IMG/VR virus record: IMGVR_UViG_3300014208_000053
Coordinates: 1-53,414 of that record
Strand: one strand, 5' to 3'
Length of the DNA: 53,414 nt
Source of the DNA: a virus
Taxonomy: Duplodnaviria > Caudoviricetes
In this document: positions 1 through 9,308 of the stretch, one piece after another
Numbering within the stretch: the first letter of the stretch is position 1
Layout: every line of letters begins with the position of its first letter
Notes under the pieces: model-generated
Database searches by the model: none
What the model saw: only the letters and a program-made list of their open reading frames with translations
What the model was told of the DNA's origin: nothing
Program-made: the position numbers and the translations under genes

Positions 1-20
1 CGCAGCGAAATCAACCATGG

Positions 21-1298
21 TTAGAGGTCCAGGACAGCGTTGGTCGAGGGAGTGGTAACGGGTTCTTCGACTTCCACAGGAGCAGCCTTCACAGCCCGGA
101 TGTTGACTGGGAAGCGCTTCAGGAAGTCATGGATGCCAGGTTTGTCGCCGAGCGGCGGCAAGGGCGTCGGAGGCGGGGGCGGAGGAGGGAGCACTTCATA
201 CGCGACGGGCTTATCAGGCAGCGGCGGCAGGGGCTCGTAGACGGGCTTGGGCAAGCCGGCGCCGGCCTTCGACGTGGTGGGTGCAAGAATGCCTTCAGCG
301 TTGAGACGCATGACCGGCGAGCTGATGGGCTCGATGGTCTTCTCGATGTGGCCATGGGCGATCTGCAACGTAGTCAGCTGGGCTTCCAGCGCCCGGGCTT
401 CGACCTTGGCGAGGCCGGCTGCTTCGTTGTCCCCAGCGTTGGTGGCCTTGATGCTGCGCTCGACGGCGTCGTTGAAGGCCTTCAGCAGTCCTTCATTGCG
501 ACGGGTGAGATAGTTGCGGCGTGCTGAGGCCATGCGCTGGTTGCGTTCGATGGACGAAGCGTACTTCGCCAGCACCTCCTTGGGCCAGCTCTTGTTGAAC
601 CGGCAGCGCAGCGAGTTCATCGTGCGGCGCACGCGATCCGGGTAGAGGTTGCAGCCAGGCAGCTCGTCGAAGGTGTAGACCGCGAACATCTTCTCATAGT
701 CGATGCCCAAGAAGGTGGCGACGAGACCAGCCTTCTCAATCGCGGGAACCGTATTCCCACACAAGATGGACTTGCACAAAGTGTCAGAATAGAAGCGCCG
801 AAGGCCATTATAGAATGACACAGGACGCTTGGGCAGCGTAGTGAGCAGGGCTTCCCACTTCCTCTGGCGCAGGGCTTCCAGCGGCTTGAGATTCGCCCGG
901 ATGTCGAGCGTGGTGTTCGGCTGCGGAAGGACGACCTTGCGATTCAGCAAGGTGTCCAAGACATCGTAGTACCGCGCATCGATCCGTCCGTAGAGCTGCC
1001 GAAGCGTGTGCGAACGCATCGTCCTCTCGTAGCTTTGCTCAGACAGAGTCTGTGGATTCGTGGTGTAGGTCGCGATGTGCAGCAGGAACTTCTCGAACGG
1101 GAAGCCCATGCGATCGAACCAGGTCGTCCACGTCTTGTACGGCGGCATCGTGACGCCCTGCTGCCAGACGGCCCACAATTCGACCGAGATTGTCTCAGGA
1201 CGTTCGCGGGTCATGATGAAGGACTGCCAAGCTCCGGTGACGAACTTGGAGAGCTTCCCGCTGGTCTTCAGCTCTTCGAGATTCTTGTGTTGTTTCAT
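21..1298 (-). CDS. Hypothetical protein with degenerate XRE/Cro-like HTH segments and a Pro-rich C-terminus
   Basis: 425-aa ORF. Segments ISVELWAVWQQGVTMPP..RMGFP and LCKSILCGNTVPAIEKAGLVATFLGID resemble XRE-type HTH ends. 4-nt overlap with the upstream gene. Confidence 0.55.
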   Translation of the reverse strand: MKQHKNLEELKTSGKLSKFVTGAWQSFIMTRERPETISVELWAVWQQGVTMPPYKTWTTWFDRMGFPFEKFLLHIATYTTNPQTLSEQSYERTMRSHTLRQLYGRIDARYYDVLDTLLNRKVVLPQPNTTLDIRANLKPLEALRQRKWEALLTTLPKRPVSFYNGLRRFYSDTLCKSILCGNTVPAIEKAGLVATFLGIDYEKMFAVYTFDELPGCNLYPDRVRRTMNSLRCRFNKSWPKEVLAKYASSIERNQRMASARRNYLTRRNEGLLKAFNDAVERSIKATNAGDNEAAGLAKVEARALEAQLTTLQIAHGHIEKTIEPISSPVMRLNAEGILAPTTSKAGAGLPKPVYEPLPPLPDKPVAYEVLPPPPPPPTPLPPLGDKPGIHDFLKRFPVNIRAVKAAPVEVEEPVTTPSTNAVLDL

Positions 1299-1846
1299 GG
1301 GCTCACCATCAGTTCGGGATCAAAGATCCGAGGATTGGTTGGCATAGGAGGGATGACGAACCCCGGTGGGAAGATCGTCCGGCCCTTCTCATCACGAGGC
1401 AGGGGAGGCTGGCCGGATTGAGCACGAAGTTGAATGTAGTCTTTCTTATAGTCCCGGCGCCAACGGTACTCTTCAGCTTTCTCGGGTGTGACAGAAGCAG
1501 CGACACCTTCGGTGCGACGCTGCTTCATGCGCCAAGCAGCCTTCTTCTTGTCCTGGGCCTTGCGAGCTTCGAGGATAACGGCGATGTAGTCCTCGAGGGT
1601 GTGGAGGTCAGGGTGGTTGAGGAATCGAAGCGCCAGCATCACCGTCTTGTCATCGACGCCGAGGAGCTTCACAACAGCCGGAAGATCCTGAATCCAAGGC
1701 GCCCGACGGCCATACTTCCAGTTACGCCAGGTCTCCAAGGGAATAGAAGCAGGCTTCTTCAAGGTCTTGATGAAACGCGACCACAACTCGGTGCTCACCT
1801 TGGTGGGCAGCTCGTGGAAGGTCGGTTCGGTGTCAGCGGGTTTCAT
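1295..1846 (-). CDS. Putative XRE/Cro-like HTH DNA-binding protein
   Basis: ASIPLETWRNWKYGRRAPWIQDLPAVVKLLGVD fits the XRE pattern (t..nWe.Gr..P....l..ia..lgv); basic helical tail. Confidence 0.55.
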   Translation of the reverse strand: MKPADTEPTFHELPTKVSTELWSRFIKTLKKPASIPLETWRNWKYGRRAPWIQDLPAVVKLLGVDDKTVMLALRFLNHPDLHTLEDYIAVILEARKAQDKKKAAWRMKQRRTEGVAASVTPEKAEEYRWRRDYKKDYIQLRAQSGQPPLPRDEKGRTIFPPGFVIPPMPTNPRIFDPELMVSP

Positions 1847-1866
1847 AATCAGAATCGTGATCGTTA

Positions 1867-2088
1867 TCAGGGTTGGGGAAGGCGCGGACCTCGTTCAGAT
1901 TGGAACCGCACAGGCAGCGCCATGGTGGTCTTGTCGATGTGGATGACGCTGCCGCAGCGAGGGCAGATGATCGTCACGCTGCCACTGATCACCAGGCCGG
2001 CGCTGATGCCGAAGCCGATGTCCTCTTCGTAGCCGCAGCCGATGGTGGCGCAGCCGAAGTGGATGAGGGTTGAGTTACCGACAGGCAT
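1867..2088 (-). CDS. Small zinc-ribbon-like protein (73 aa)
   Basis: Start reassigned to ATG 2088, which overlaps the upstream TGA (TGATG). Contains CATIGC and CPRCG cysteine pairs. Confidence 0.55.
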   Translation of the reverse strand: MPVGNSTLIHFGCATIGCGYEEDIGFGISAGLVISGSVTIICPRCGSVIHIDKTTMALPVRFQSERGPRLPQP

Positions 2089-2531
2089 CAGACGGCCGTC
2101 TGGGACGAGGTGGTGACGACAGGCACCTGGAAGATGAAACCTTCCGGGTGGGCCTCGGTGTAGACCTGGATTGAAATGTTCCAGGCCAGGGCCAAGTCGT
2201 CGAAGGTCATGTCGGAGACCCACAGGCTGGTGACCCGCATGGTGGGGTCGACGGGCGGATCGCTCTGCAGGTCGAGCGTGCACTTCTGGAAGACGCCCTG
2301 GATCGCGAGCTTGGCTGCAGTGGGGTCGTTGAACCTGGTGCCCAGAAGGGCGCCGCGGATGTCGCTGCCCCAAGCCGGATCGAACTGGTCCTGGCCCGGC
2401 ACGGTCATCAGGTTCTTGTAGATCTTCTGCACCAGGTTGTAGGCCTGGTCTACGAAGTCGACGTTGGGCCAGGTAGCGGGGTAGAGGCGACCATCGGCGT
2501 CAGCCTGAACAATGAGAAGATCCAGCGGCAT
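2088..2531 (-). CDS. Baseplate wedge protein, T4 gp25/GPW-like
   Basis: 147 aa. IYKNLMTVPGQDQFDPAWGSDI matches the gp25 'l.T.pGe..f.P.fGs.l' motif; C-terminal beta strands. Confidence 0.7.
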   Translation of the reverse strand: MPLDLLIVQADADGRLYPATWPNVDFVDQAYNLVQKIYKNLMTVPGQDQFDPAWGSDIRGALLGTRFNDPTAAKLAIQGVFQKCTLDLQSDPPVDPTMRVTSLWVSDMTFDDLALAWNISIQVYTEAHPEGFIFQVPVVTTSSQTAV

Positions 2532-2671
2532 GGCTGTGGTCCTGTGAGGGGATGAACGGGACGATAGAGAGGACTCGTCAGAGTCAAGAGAGTCCTAATA
2601 AACAATAGACGCTCAGGCACCGGGTTTGAGTTCTCCACAGGTCGAGAGCGAAAAACAGGATCATTTACGTC

Positions 2672-3029
2672 GTACTCATATTGTCAGCGACGCCGTCTCT
2701 ATGGTTAGGAGAACGCGGGCATTTATACTACTAGACTTAGAACAAAATACTGGGGGAAGATGGCTACGGGGTCCATAGCCAGACTGAAAAAGATCTGTTC
2801 TTCTGTATGGACACAAAAGTGAGATTTTTATGAGTTCGTATGGAGTCTAAAATCAATACTGGCGAGTTCTGATCTTCAACCCTTTTGTGTCCATACACCC
2901 GAACAGATCTTTTCTCTTAGGGCTATGGAGCCCGTATCCCAGCTGAATGCACTTTTTCCTGTAAACCACTGCGCCACAAGTACCCCGTTCTCCTAACCAT
3001 AGAGACGGCGTCGCTGACAATATGAGTAC
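2672..3029. repeat. Segmented long inverted repeat in an AT-rich divergent intergenic region
   Basis: 2672-2715 is the exact reverse complement of 2986-3029 (44 bp). 2765-2780 pairs with 2921-2936 (1 mismatch). 2788-2819 pairs with 2882-2913 (3-nt internal mismatch). All share one axis at 2850/2851. Confidence 0.95.
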
Positions 3030-3225
3030 CATGTATTTTACTTATATCGATGACGATTTTTATCCTTTCGCCACCACTTCCTGGTCTCATTTTCGAGCAC
3101 CATAAACTTCTCCACGTCGCGGTGAGTTTTCCACAACGTTTCGTGCCCACTTCCGGGACACGTCACAAGATGCTTGCCATCTTCGTTAGTGCCCTAGTAT
3201 GAGCCCACCTCAACCTGGAATCCCT

Positions 3226-3801
3226 ATGACCGACCCCGTCGATCCCAACCTTGCTGAGCGCAACGCCGCGCTCGCTGAACTGACTGCCAAGCTGGCCCAT
3301 CTGGACGCCCAGATCGAGGCCCTCGGCGAGGCCGCCCAGGACAAGCGCCGGAAGCTCCGCGAGGAGTACCGCGCCGCCCACGAGAAGCGGTTCAGCGACG
3401 TCGACTACAAGCGCGCCCTGGTCGGCGCCAAGAACGAGCACGCCGTGACCGTGAAGGGTGTGGTCTCGTTCTTCATCCGTGCCCCGAACGCGGCCACGAC
3501 CCATGCGGTGGACAAGTTCATCGCCGAGCCCGTCCTGCAGGATGAAACCGATAAGACCAAGGGCACGCCCATGGGGCCTGTCACCGAGGCTGAGCGCATG
3601 CTCATGGCCTGGGTCGTCGCCGTGCACCTGCTGGCTGACCCGTCGGCCAAGCGCCAGGACATCGAGCAGCTTTCTCCCGGCCACCGCCTGCGCATGGTGC
3701 GCGGACTGCCTGAGAGCCTCATCCAGCGCGTCGCCGAAGAGTGCAGCCTGCTGCAGAGCTGGCTCAACGTGGTCCTGGAGATCGAACTGGGAAACTTCTA
3801 A
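3226..3801 (+). CDS. Putative tail assembly chaperone (gpG-like)
   Basis: Ends in the G GGA AAC slippery heptamer one codon before its stop; lies upstream of the tape measure gene. Alternative start at 3199. Confidence 0.6.
   Translation: MTDPVDPNLAERNAALAELTAKLAHLDAQIEALGEAAQDKRRKLREEYRAAHEKRFSDVDYKRALVGAKNEHAVTVKGVVSFFIRAPNAATTHAVDKFIAEPVLQDETDKTKGTPMGPVTEAERMLMAWVVAVHLLADPSAKRQDIEQLSPGHRLRMVRGLPESLIQRVAEECSLLQSWLNVVLEIELGNF
3789..3795 (+). other. -1 programmed ribosomal frameshift site GGGAAAC
   Basis: CTG GGA AAC TTC TAA: X XXY YYZ heptamer in the correct phase. The -1 frame (GKLLSDPFVWY...) is open to 4166. Confidence 0.8.
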
Positions 3802-4166
3802 GCGATCCCTTCGTCTGGTACGCGGTGAACGCGGACATCGATGGGATCGCGCCATTCTCAGAAGAGCCACGAGAACGCCTGCGCTTCATGGTCTACGAAC
3901 ACCGGATGTTCGTCGAGGCCCTGAAGACCAAGGCGTTGTTGATCGCCGCCATCAATCCCGAGCGCGCCGAGAAGGCTGCGCAGGATTACATGGAAGCCGC
4001 GATCCCGATCAGCGAGGAAGCGCGCGACGAGCAGATGCGTGCGCGTGAGCGTCAGCTCGCTGAGCTGGCTGACATGAAACCCATCCACCTGAGCCAGCTC
4101 AAGGCCGGCCCAGCGATGGAAGGCTCGAAGGAGTGGGTGGCGACGAGTATGCACCACCCACGCTAG
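3789..4166 (+). CDS. Frameshift extension of the tail chaperone (gpT-like part of gpGT)
   Basis: The -1 frame ORF has no convincing independent start and reads as a plausible protein only after the slippery site. Confidence 0.65.
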   Translation, partial: GKLLSDPFVWYAVNADIDGIAPFSEEPRERLRFMVYEHRMFVEALKTKALLIAAINPERAEKAAQDYMEAAIPISEEARDEQMRARERQLAELADMKPIHLSQLKAGPAMEGSKEWVATSMHHPR

Positions 4167-4420
4167 GCCTTTGCATTCACCGTCCGCTGCCATGGCGAAT
4201 CTCTATCGAGCTGCTTGATCTCCACGCCTTTCCTAGCACAGGCTGTGACGGTGTCCCAGCTCGAGAGGTTGAAGATGCAGCCTCCAGGCATGGTGATGAA
4301 GGCTTCCCATCGTTCCACATCCTGTCGGCGCCAGAATCCGTCTGCTGTTGAAATATCTTCTGCTTCACATGGGTAGCCCGCATCGGTTAGACGCTTTGCG
4401 AGACGTTGCTTTGGGCTCAT
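4163..4420 (-). CDS. Small hypothetical protein
   Basis: 85-aa ORF; ATGA overlap with the upstream gene; stop shares CTAG with the convergent gene. Confidence 0.6.
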   Translation of the reverse strand: MSPKQRLAKRLTDAGYPCEAEDISTADGFWRRQDVERWEAFITMPGGCIFNLSSWDTVTACARKGVEIKQLDRDSPWQRTVNAKA

Positions 4421-4647
4421 CTGGCAGCCATCGCTTGGTGCCGCTCGCAGGGTTCGTCCTCAGAGCAGCAGTCGGTGATGCCGTAGCGAACGCCATCGAC
4501 GATGCAGGGCTTCAACCACACGCGCTCACCGAAGGGATTGGTGACGAGCATGTCCTTCTGCCAGCGTAGCGCTGCGAGCAGTTCCTTCGCTTCATCCACA
4601 GTGGGTGGGGTCGCATCGAGCGACTGCACCATCTTCGACATTGTCAT
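4417..4647 (-). CDS. Small Cys-containing hypothetical protein
   Basis: 76 aa; GGAGG Shine-Dalgarno upstream; DCCSEDEPCERH C-terminus. Confidence 0.6.
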   Translation of the reverse strand: MTMSKMVQSLDATPPTVDEAKELLAALRWQKDMLVTNPFGERVWLKPCIVDGVRYGITDCCSEDEPCERHQAMAAR

Positions 4648-4656
4648 GTTGGCCTC

Positions 4657-4959
4657 CTAGTTCAGTGAGGGTTTGACCTGCTCCCAGGTGGGCGCAGGTC
4701 GATTGCGTGCGGCCTCTTCCGTAGCCATGCGCTTGATGATCTCGTCGACCACTGCAGCGTTGAGCGGCCTGGCCAGCTTTGCATCGAGGTAGGCGAACGA
4801 GTAGTGCTCGAGCCTCAGCCGCGCATCCACGGCCTTTGCCATCACCTCGTCGAAGACGAACAGCTCGGGCTCCACAGGATCCATGGCCATGATGGGCTTG
4901 CCACCACCAGCGATGACCGACGGCGCGTCACCGACGATGTCCCTGATGAATCGCATCAT
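4657..4959 (-). CDS. Small hypothetical protein
   Basis: Start reassigned to MMRFIRD at 4959 after an AAGGAG SD; first gene of a three-gene reverse-strand cassette. Confidence 0.55.
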   Translation of the reverse strand: MMRFIRDIVGDAPSVIAGGGKPIMAMDPVEPELFVFDEVMAKAVDARLRLEHYSFAYLDAKLARPLNAAVVDEIIKRMATEEAARNRPAPTWEQVKPSLN

Positions 4960-5131
4960 GCACTCCTTGGGGTTGCTGCTCTCCGTGGCGAAGAAGCGGA
5001 CGTGCCTGAGGCACGGATAGCTGGACATAAGATTGCTCCTTTGGGTTACTCTAACCCTTATCTCAGCATCCACGGTGGATTTCACCTCCCCATCGCTTTT
5101 CTTTACCTCTAGCGCCCGTATTCTCCAGCCC

Positions 5132-5335
5132 ATGGCCCCAACCCACCCCAGCGAAGCTGAAACCCGCCAGCTGCCCGCGTTGAAGAGCCCGTCGGCCGCC
5201 GAGCGCGACCTAATGGCCTTCCTCGAGTCAGCCGGCCAGGGCTGCATCAGCGGCAACGTCGCTGACTGGCCCCAGCTCAAGCCTGCCTGCCGTTGGGCTG
5301 CTGAAGAGATCAAGCGTCTGAGGGGTTTGAAGTGA
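5132..5335 (+). CDS. Small hypothetical protein
   Basis: MAPTHPSE... start 7 nt after TATTCT; GTGA overlap with the next gene. Confidence 0.55.
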   Translation: MAPTHPSEAETRQLPALKSPSAAERDLMAFLESAGQGCISGNVADWPQLKPACRWAAEEIKRLRGLK

Positions 5336-6030
5336 TCACCTCGGCGCTAGCCGTGCTCGATCAGCGGAAGCTGGCTGCCTGGGGTCGCAACGGTGTGGCA
5401 CCAGCACTGCTCGGCTTGGGCAGTGGGTTGCTGGGTGGCGCGCTGTTCGGTCACCTTGGCGCTGCTGAGCACCAGATGCCCCACCACGAGGTCGCTGCGG
5501 ACACGGCGTCGGACGACGCTGCTGCCTTCTACGCTGATCGCGACGTCGACATGATGCCTCGCGGCTTGCCTGAGCACGCTGGACCAGCCGGCCCGGCCCT
5601 GCCGCATGCTCTCGACCCCTACATCCATGATGGCAAGCCCGGTTGGCTGCCGCCGGTGACGAGCCCGAACGCTGTCGAGATCCTCAACCGCTACGGCACG
5701 CTGCCCGACAGCGCCAAGGTGACCGCGGTTGAGACGCTCACCAACACCTTCGACCCACAGCACACTGGCCATCCGACCATCGATGCTTCGTCGGCCCATG
5801 CACCCGAGACCGAGCACGCCATCCGTGACGCCCTCAATGAGCAGGGCGGGCGCTATTCGTTCGTGCCCAACAGCACGATCGATGCTAAGATCCACGAAGG
5901 CCTCCAACCGATCTGGCCGGTGCTGGACAAGACGACGCTGCCTGAAGAGCGCCAGCTGTCCGAGGTGCTGCAGGCCCACGCCCGGTCGCTGCCCGAGTAC
6001 CAGGCGATGCAGGGAAAGCTCCACTACTGA
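5332..6030 (+). CDS. Hypothetical protein with KLA motif followed by a Gly-rich hydrophobic segment
   Basis: 232 aa; RKLAAWGRNGVAPALLGLGSGLLGGALFGHLG near the N-terminus. Confidence 0.65.
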   Translation: MITSALAVLDQRKLAAWGRNGVAPALLGLGSGLLGGALFGHLGAAEHQMPHHEVAADTASDDAAAFYADRDVDMMPRGLPEHAGPAGPALPHALDPYIHDGKPGWLPPVTSPNAVEILNRYGTLPDSAKVTAVETLTNTFDPQHTGHPTIDASSAHAPETEHAIRDALNEQGGRYSFVPNSTIDAKIHEGLQPIWPVLDKTTLPEERQLSEVLQAHARSLPEYQAMQGKLHY

Positions 6031-6037
6031 GTGCCCC

Positions 6038-6065
6038 TTCCGTGAGGCCCCTAACAGCGTAACCT
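6038..6065 (+). promoter_or_regulatory. Putative sigma70-type promoter for a leaderless tape-measure mRNA
   Basis: TTCCGT-16 nt-TAACCT, ATG 7 nt downstream, no SD. Confidence 0.5.
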
Positions 6066-6072
6066 GTGGGCC

Positions 6073-9000
6073 ATGGCCATCGGCGACCAGAACCCGTTCG
6101 CGTTGAATCAGAGCGAACAGCTCTTGCGTGACATCCGTGACGAGCTGAAGACGTCCCGCCAGACCAGCGGCGCGTCTTCGACCTCGTCCGGCCGGCCCAG
6201 CCCTGCCTTCATCTCCGCCCAGCAGACCGTCGATCGCATGGTGGCTGGCGAGTGGGCCACCCTCGGTTGGGCCAACGCCTACCAGACGTCGATCAAGTCC
6301 TCGCTCGCCAATGACCTGATGGGCGCGATGAACCTGCGGGCCGCCCCGCAGTCGTTGTGGCAGCGCGAGTACGAGACGATGACGCGGTCGATGTTGACCG
6401 ATCGCATCGCCTCGTTCCCTGCTGACCTGATCATGCCCGGCTTTGGCCGCCGCTCTCGCGACATGGGCGCGCAGATCTACCAGCTCTCGAGCCGGTTCAA
6501 CCGCAGCGGCGACAACCTCGACACCAACTTCCATGCGGCCATGAACCTGGGCCGCGACCTGCAGATCGGTGCAGCCACCGACATGCGTCTCAGTGGTGGC
6601 GACTACAGCGCCATCATGCAGCAGAGCGCCAGTGCGGGCCAGTTCGACTTCGCTGGTGGCATCGGCGACGTGAAGACCCAGTTCACCGAACTGCGCAACG
6701 CCGTCGCTGACCTGACCAAGACGATGCGTCTTGGCGCCGGCGAGGTCGCCCAGACCATGGGCGCTTTCCGCCAGTTCGGCATCACCGACGTGGCTGACCA
6801 GAAGCGCATGGCCGAGCGCCTCGCGGTCTCAGCGCGCGTCGCTGGCATCTCGACGCCTGAGATGGCTGGCATCGTCCGCACGGGCATCGAGAACGGCATG
6901 CAGCTCGGGCTCGGCGCCCAGGGCTCAGCCGCTCTCGCTGAGAACCTCGCTATGGGCGCACGCACTGCGTCGCGCTCTGGCCTCATCTCCTCCCACGTCA
7001 TGGCTGCTGCTGGCGGCGTGCAGGGCATGGTGCAGGCGCAGGAGAACGCGATCAACCAGTTCGCTGGTTCTACCGCTGGTTTCTACACCTTGCTTGGTGG
7101 CGCGGCTGGCTCGACGGGCAATGCGCTCAACGACATCCTCTCCGGCATCGGAACCACCGGCGGCACGCTCGGTGGCATCGTCGCGGCCGAGTCGCGCCGC
7201 ATGGACCTGATGGGTGGGCTCAGCGGTGGCCAGCGGTCGCGCCTGTTCAATCGCAACATCCAGCAGCAGATGGGCATGCTCGGCATCGATCCCAACAGCG
7301 CCGAGGCGACCGATTATGCCTTCAGCCTGGTGCGCGGCCAGATGGGCGACGCAGCCGGCCTGGCCTATGCTCGCCAGAACTTCTCAGCTGAGGGTCGTCG
7401 CCAGCGCTGGGCTGATTCGTTCCGCACCGAGATGGGCGTCATCAACCAGGGTGCACAGCGCGACTACCAGCTGAAGATGGAGAATGAGACGATGTTCGGC
7501 CAGGTCCGTCAGATGACGGGCCAGCTCGGCGCCGGCGTCGCGGGCTTCGGTCAGGGTGCAGGCCGCGTGGCGAACTGGGTCGGTCGCCAGGTGGGCGGTT
7601 GGTTCAGCGACAGCGCCACCACCTTCGGCAACGCCGTCGACGCTCTCAACCTCAATGGTGATGACGCGCTCTCGGCTGAAGCGGCTGCTGGCGCGAGCAT
7701 GGAGGCATTCCGTTCGTCTCAGTCAGGCAACAGCCGCGAGCAGAAGATCCGCCTCACCGGTTCAGTCACCACCAGCCAGGCTCTGCTGGGCAACGCGCTC
7801 TCCATCGGCGGAGGTCTCGGCGGCGCCTACTTCGGTGCCAAGATCGGTGCTGGCATCGGCACGTTCGGCGGCCCAATCGGCACGATCGTCGGCGGCCTGC
7901 TCGGCGCCGGCGTCGGCTACATGGCCTCGGGCCTCATCGCTGGCCATGCCAAGCCCAACGAGATGGTCGGCGACGAGGCCTCGAACTATCTGCGTGCCTT
8001 CCAGGGCTCGACGGGCGGCATCAGCCAGCGCGCGTCGAACATCGCCAACGGCAACGAAGCCCAGGTGCTCAACGCACTCTCGGGAAACCAGGCGTTCAAG
8101 CAGCTCATCGAGAAGAGCAGCCGCGGCAAGCTCAGCGACAGCGAGAGCCGTGAGATGGCCCGCCTGGCTGGCGAGGCCGGCAAGGCCACTGGCGTGTCCA
8201 CTGACGACGTCATGGGCGTGGCCCGGTCGCTCGGTGTCGACATGCAGATGCAGGACAGCTACAACTCCGCATCGTCGGGCGCCAAGCGCTACGAGAAGAC
8301 GATGATGGATGTGATGGACGGCGTCGAGAGCAGCAAGCTCTCCATCGCCAGCAGCGAAGTCGCGTCTGGTGTGCAGAGCTACGCCAAGGCCGTCAACGAC
8401 ACCGAGCGCAACAAGGCCCGGGCGCAGCTCACCTCAGCCGGCATCACCGGCCGCGGCATGGACAACCTGCTCAAGGAGGTCGACAGCCTCGACACCAATG
8501 CGCGCAACCAGCTCGCCTCCGACGCCAGCGATTACGTCAGCCGTCGTGGCAGCACTGCTGTGAACAAGCGGCTCAGCGCGTTCAATCGCGTCGCTGAGAA
8601 CCTGGCCAGCGAAGCTGGTGCGATGAACCAGGCCGGCGGCATGGAGGCTTACAACCGCATCAAGGAGCTCGAGAAAGACCCGCAGGCGATCATGGACGTG
8701 GTCATGGGCCGCGGCGACCCCAAGGACGCTGCGCTGCGTGATCTGCTCATCCGCCAGGACGACACTGGCACGATGGGCAAGCTCAAGGAGCTGGGCTCGA
8801 TCGAAGACCTGATGGCGACCAGCTCGGACGACAAGCTGCGCACCATGGGGTTGAGCCCTGAGACGCTGAAGACGCTGCGTGATAAGATCGGTGAGAACAC
8901 CACGGCAACGCCGGCCCAGAAGAGCGCCGCGTTCCGCTCAGCCGCGGCCACCATGCTGATCGGCCAGAGCAGCGCGGTGAAGCAGGCCAGCGATCCGACC

Positions 9001-9096
9001 AACGTCGCAGCCAACAACATGCTGCTCGCCGCGAACATCCTGCGTGAGATCCAGAGCAAGATCTCGACCGACACCTCGACCAAGGGCAAGAAGTGA
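6073..9096 (+). CDS. Tail tape measure protein
   Basis: 1007 aa, Ala/Gly/Gln-rich and helical, with a glycine-zipper hydrophobic stretch (GGGLGGAYFGAKIGAGIGTFGGPIGTIVGGLLGAGVG); downstream of a frameshifting chaperone. Confidence 0.75.
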   Translation: MAIGDQNPFALNQSEQLLRDIRDELKTSRQTSGASSTSSGRPSPAFISAQQTVDRMVAGEWATLGWANAYQTSIKSSLANDLMGAMNLRAAPQSLWQREYETMTRSMLTDRIASFPADLIMPGFGRRSRDMGAQIYQLSSRFNRSGDNLDTNFHAAMNLGRDLQIGAATDMRLSGGDYSAIMQQSASAGQFDFAGGIGDVKTQFTELRNAVADLTKTMRLGAGEVAQTMGAFRQFGITDVADQKRMAERLAVSARVAGISTPEMAGIVRTGIENGMQLGLGAQGSAALAENLAMGARTASRSGLISSHVMAAAGGVQGMVQAQENAINQFAGSTAGFYTLLGGAAGSTGNALNDILSGIGTTGGTLGGIVAAESRRMDLMGGLSGGQRSRLFNRNIQQQMGMLGIDPNSAEATDYAFSLVRGQMGDAAGLAYARQNFSAEGRRQRWADSFRTEMGVINQGAQRDYQLKMENETMFGQVRQMTGQLGAGVAGFGQGAGRVANWVGRQVGGWFSDSATTFGNAVDALNLNGDDALSAEAAAGASMEAFRSSQSGNSREQKIRLTGSVTTSQALLGNALSIGGGLGGAYFGAKIGAGIGTFGGPIGTIVGGLLGAGVGYMASGLIAGHAKPNEMVGDEASNYLRAFQGSTGGISQRASNIANGNEAQVLNALSGNQAFKQLIEKSSRGKLSDSESREMARLAGEAGKATGVSTDDVMGVARSLGVDMQMQDSYNSASSGAKRYEKTMMDVMDGVESSKLSIASSEVASGVQSYAKAVNDTERNKARAQLTSAGITGRGMDNLLKEVDSLDTNARNQLASDASDYVSRRGSTAVNKRLSAFNRVAENLASEAGAMNQAGGMEAYNRIKELEKDPQAIMDVVMGRGDPKDAALRDLLIRQDDTGTMGKLKELGSIEDLMATSSDDKLRTMGLSPETLKTLRDKIGENTTATPAQKSAAFRSAAATMLIGQSSAVKQASDPTNVAANNMLLAANILREIQSKISTDTSTKGKK

Positions 9097-9302
9097 TCAA
9101 CATCTTCGGCAACGGCGTGCTCGTCTCGCGGCGCTCCCAGGTGTGGGGCACCGGAGCTGTGTTCACCAAGACCGGATCGCAGCAGAACGCCACGATCACG
9201 CAGCCCATCGACGAGGCCAAGACCAACATCTTCCCGATCAACAACCCGGGCGGCCAGTGGGGCGCCCAGTACCCCAAGCCCACCGCGACGAGCGGGAAGT
9301 AG
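9093..9302 (+). CDS. Small hypothetical protein
   Basis: 69 aa; GTGA overlap with the tape measure stop; typical codon bias. Confidence 0.6.
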   Translation: MINIFGNGVLVSRRSQVWGTGAVFTKTGSQQNATITQPIDEAKTNIFPINNPGGQWGAQYPKPTATSGK

Positions 9303-9308
9303 GATTCC

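Noticed and set aside
2672-3029. IS/MITE terminal repeats or a hairpin-telomere (telRL) site
   Set aside because: No transposase or target duplication is evident, and the centre is not palindromic as protelomerase sites are.
2923-3150. 75-aa reverse ORF overlapping the palindrome arm
   Set aside because: AT-rich, no coding bias, no SD; likely spurious.
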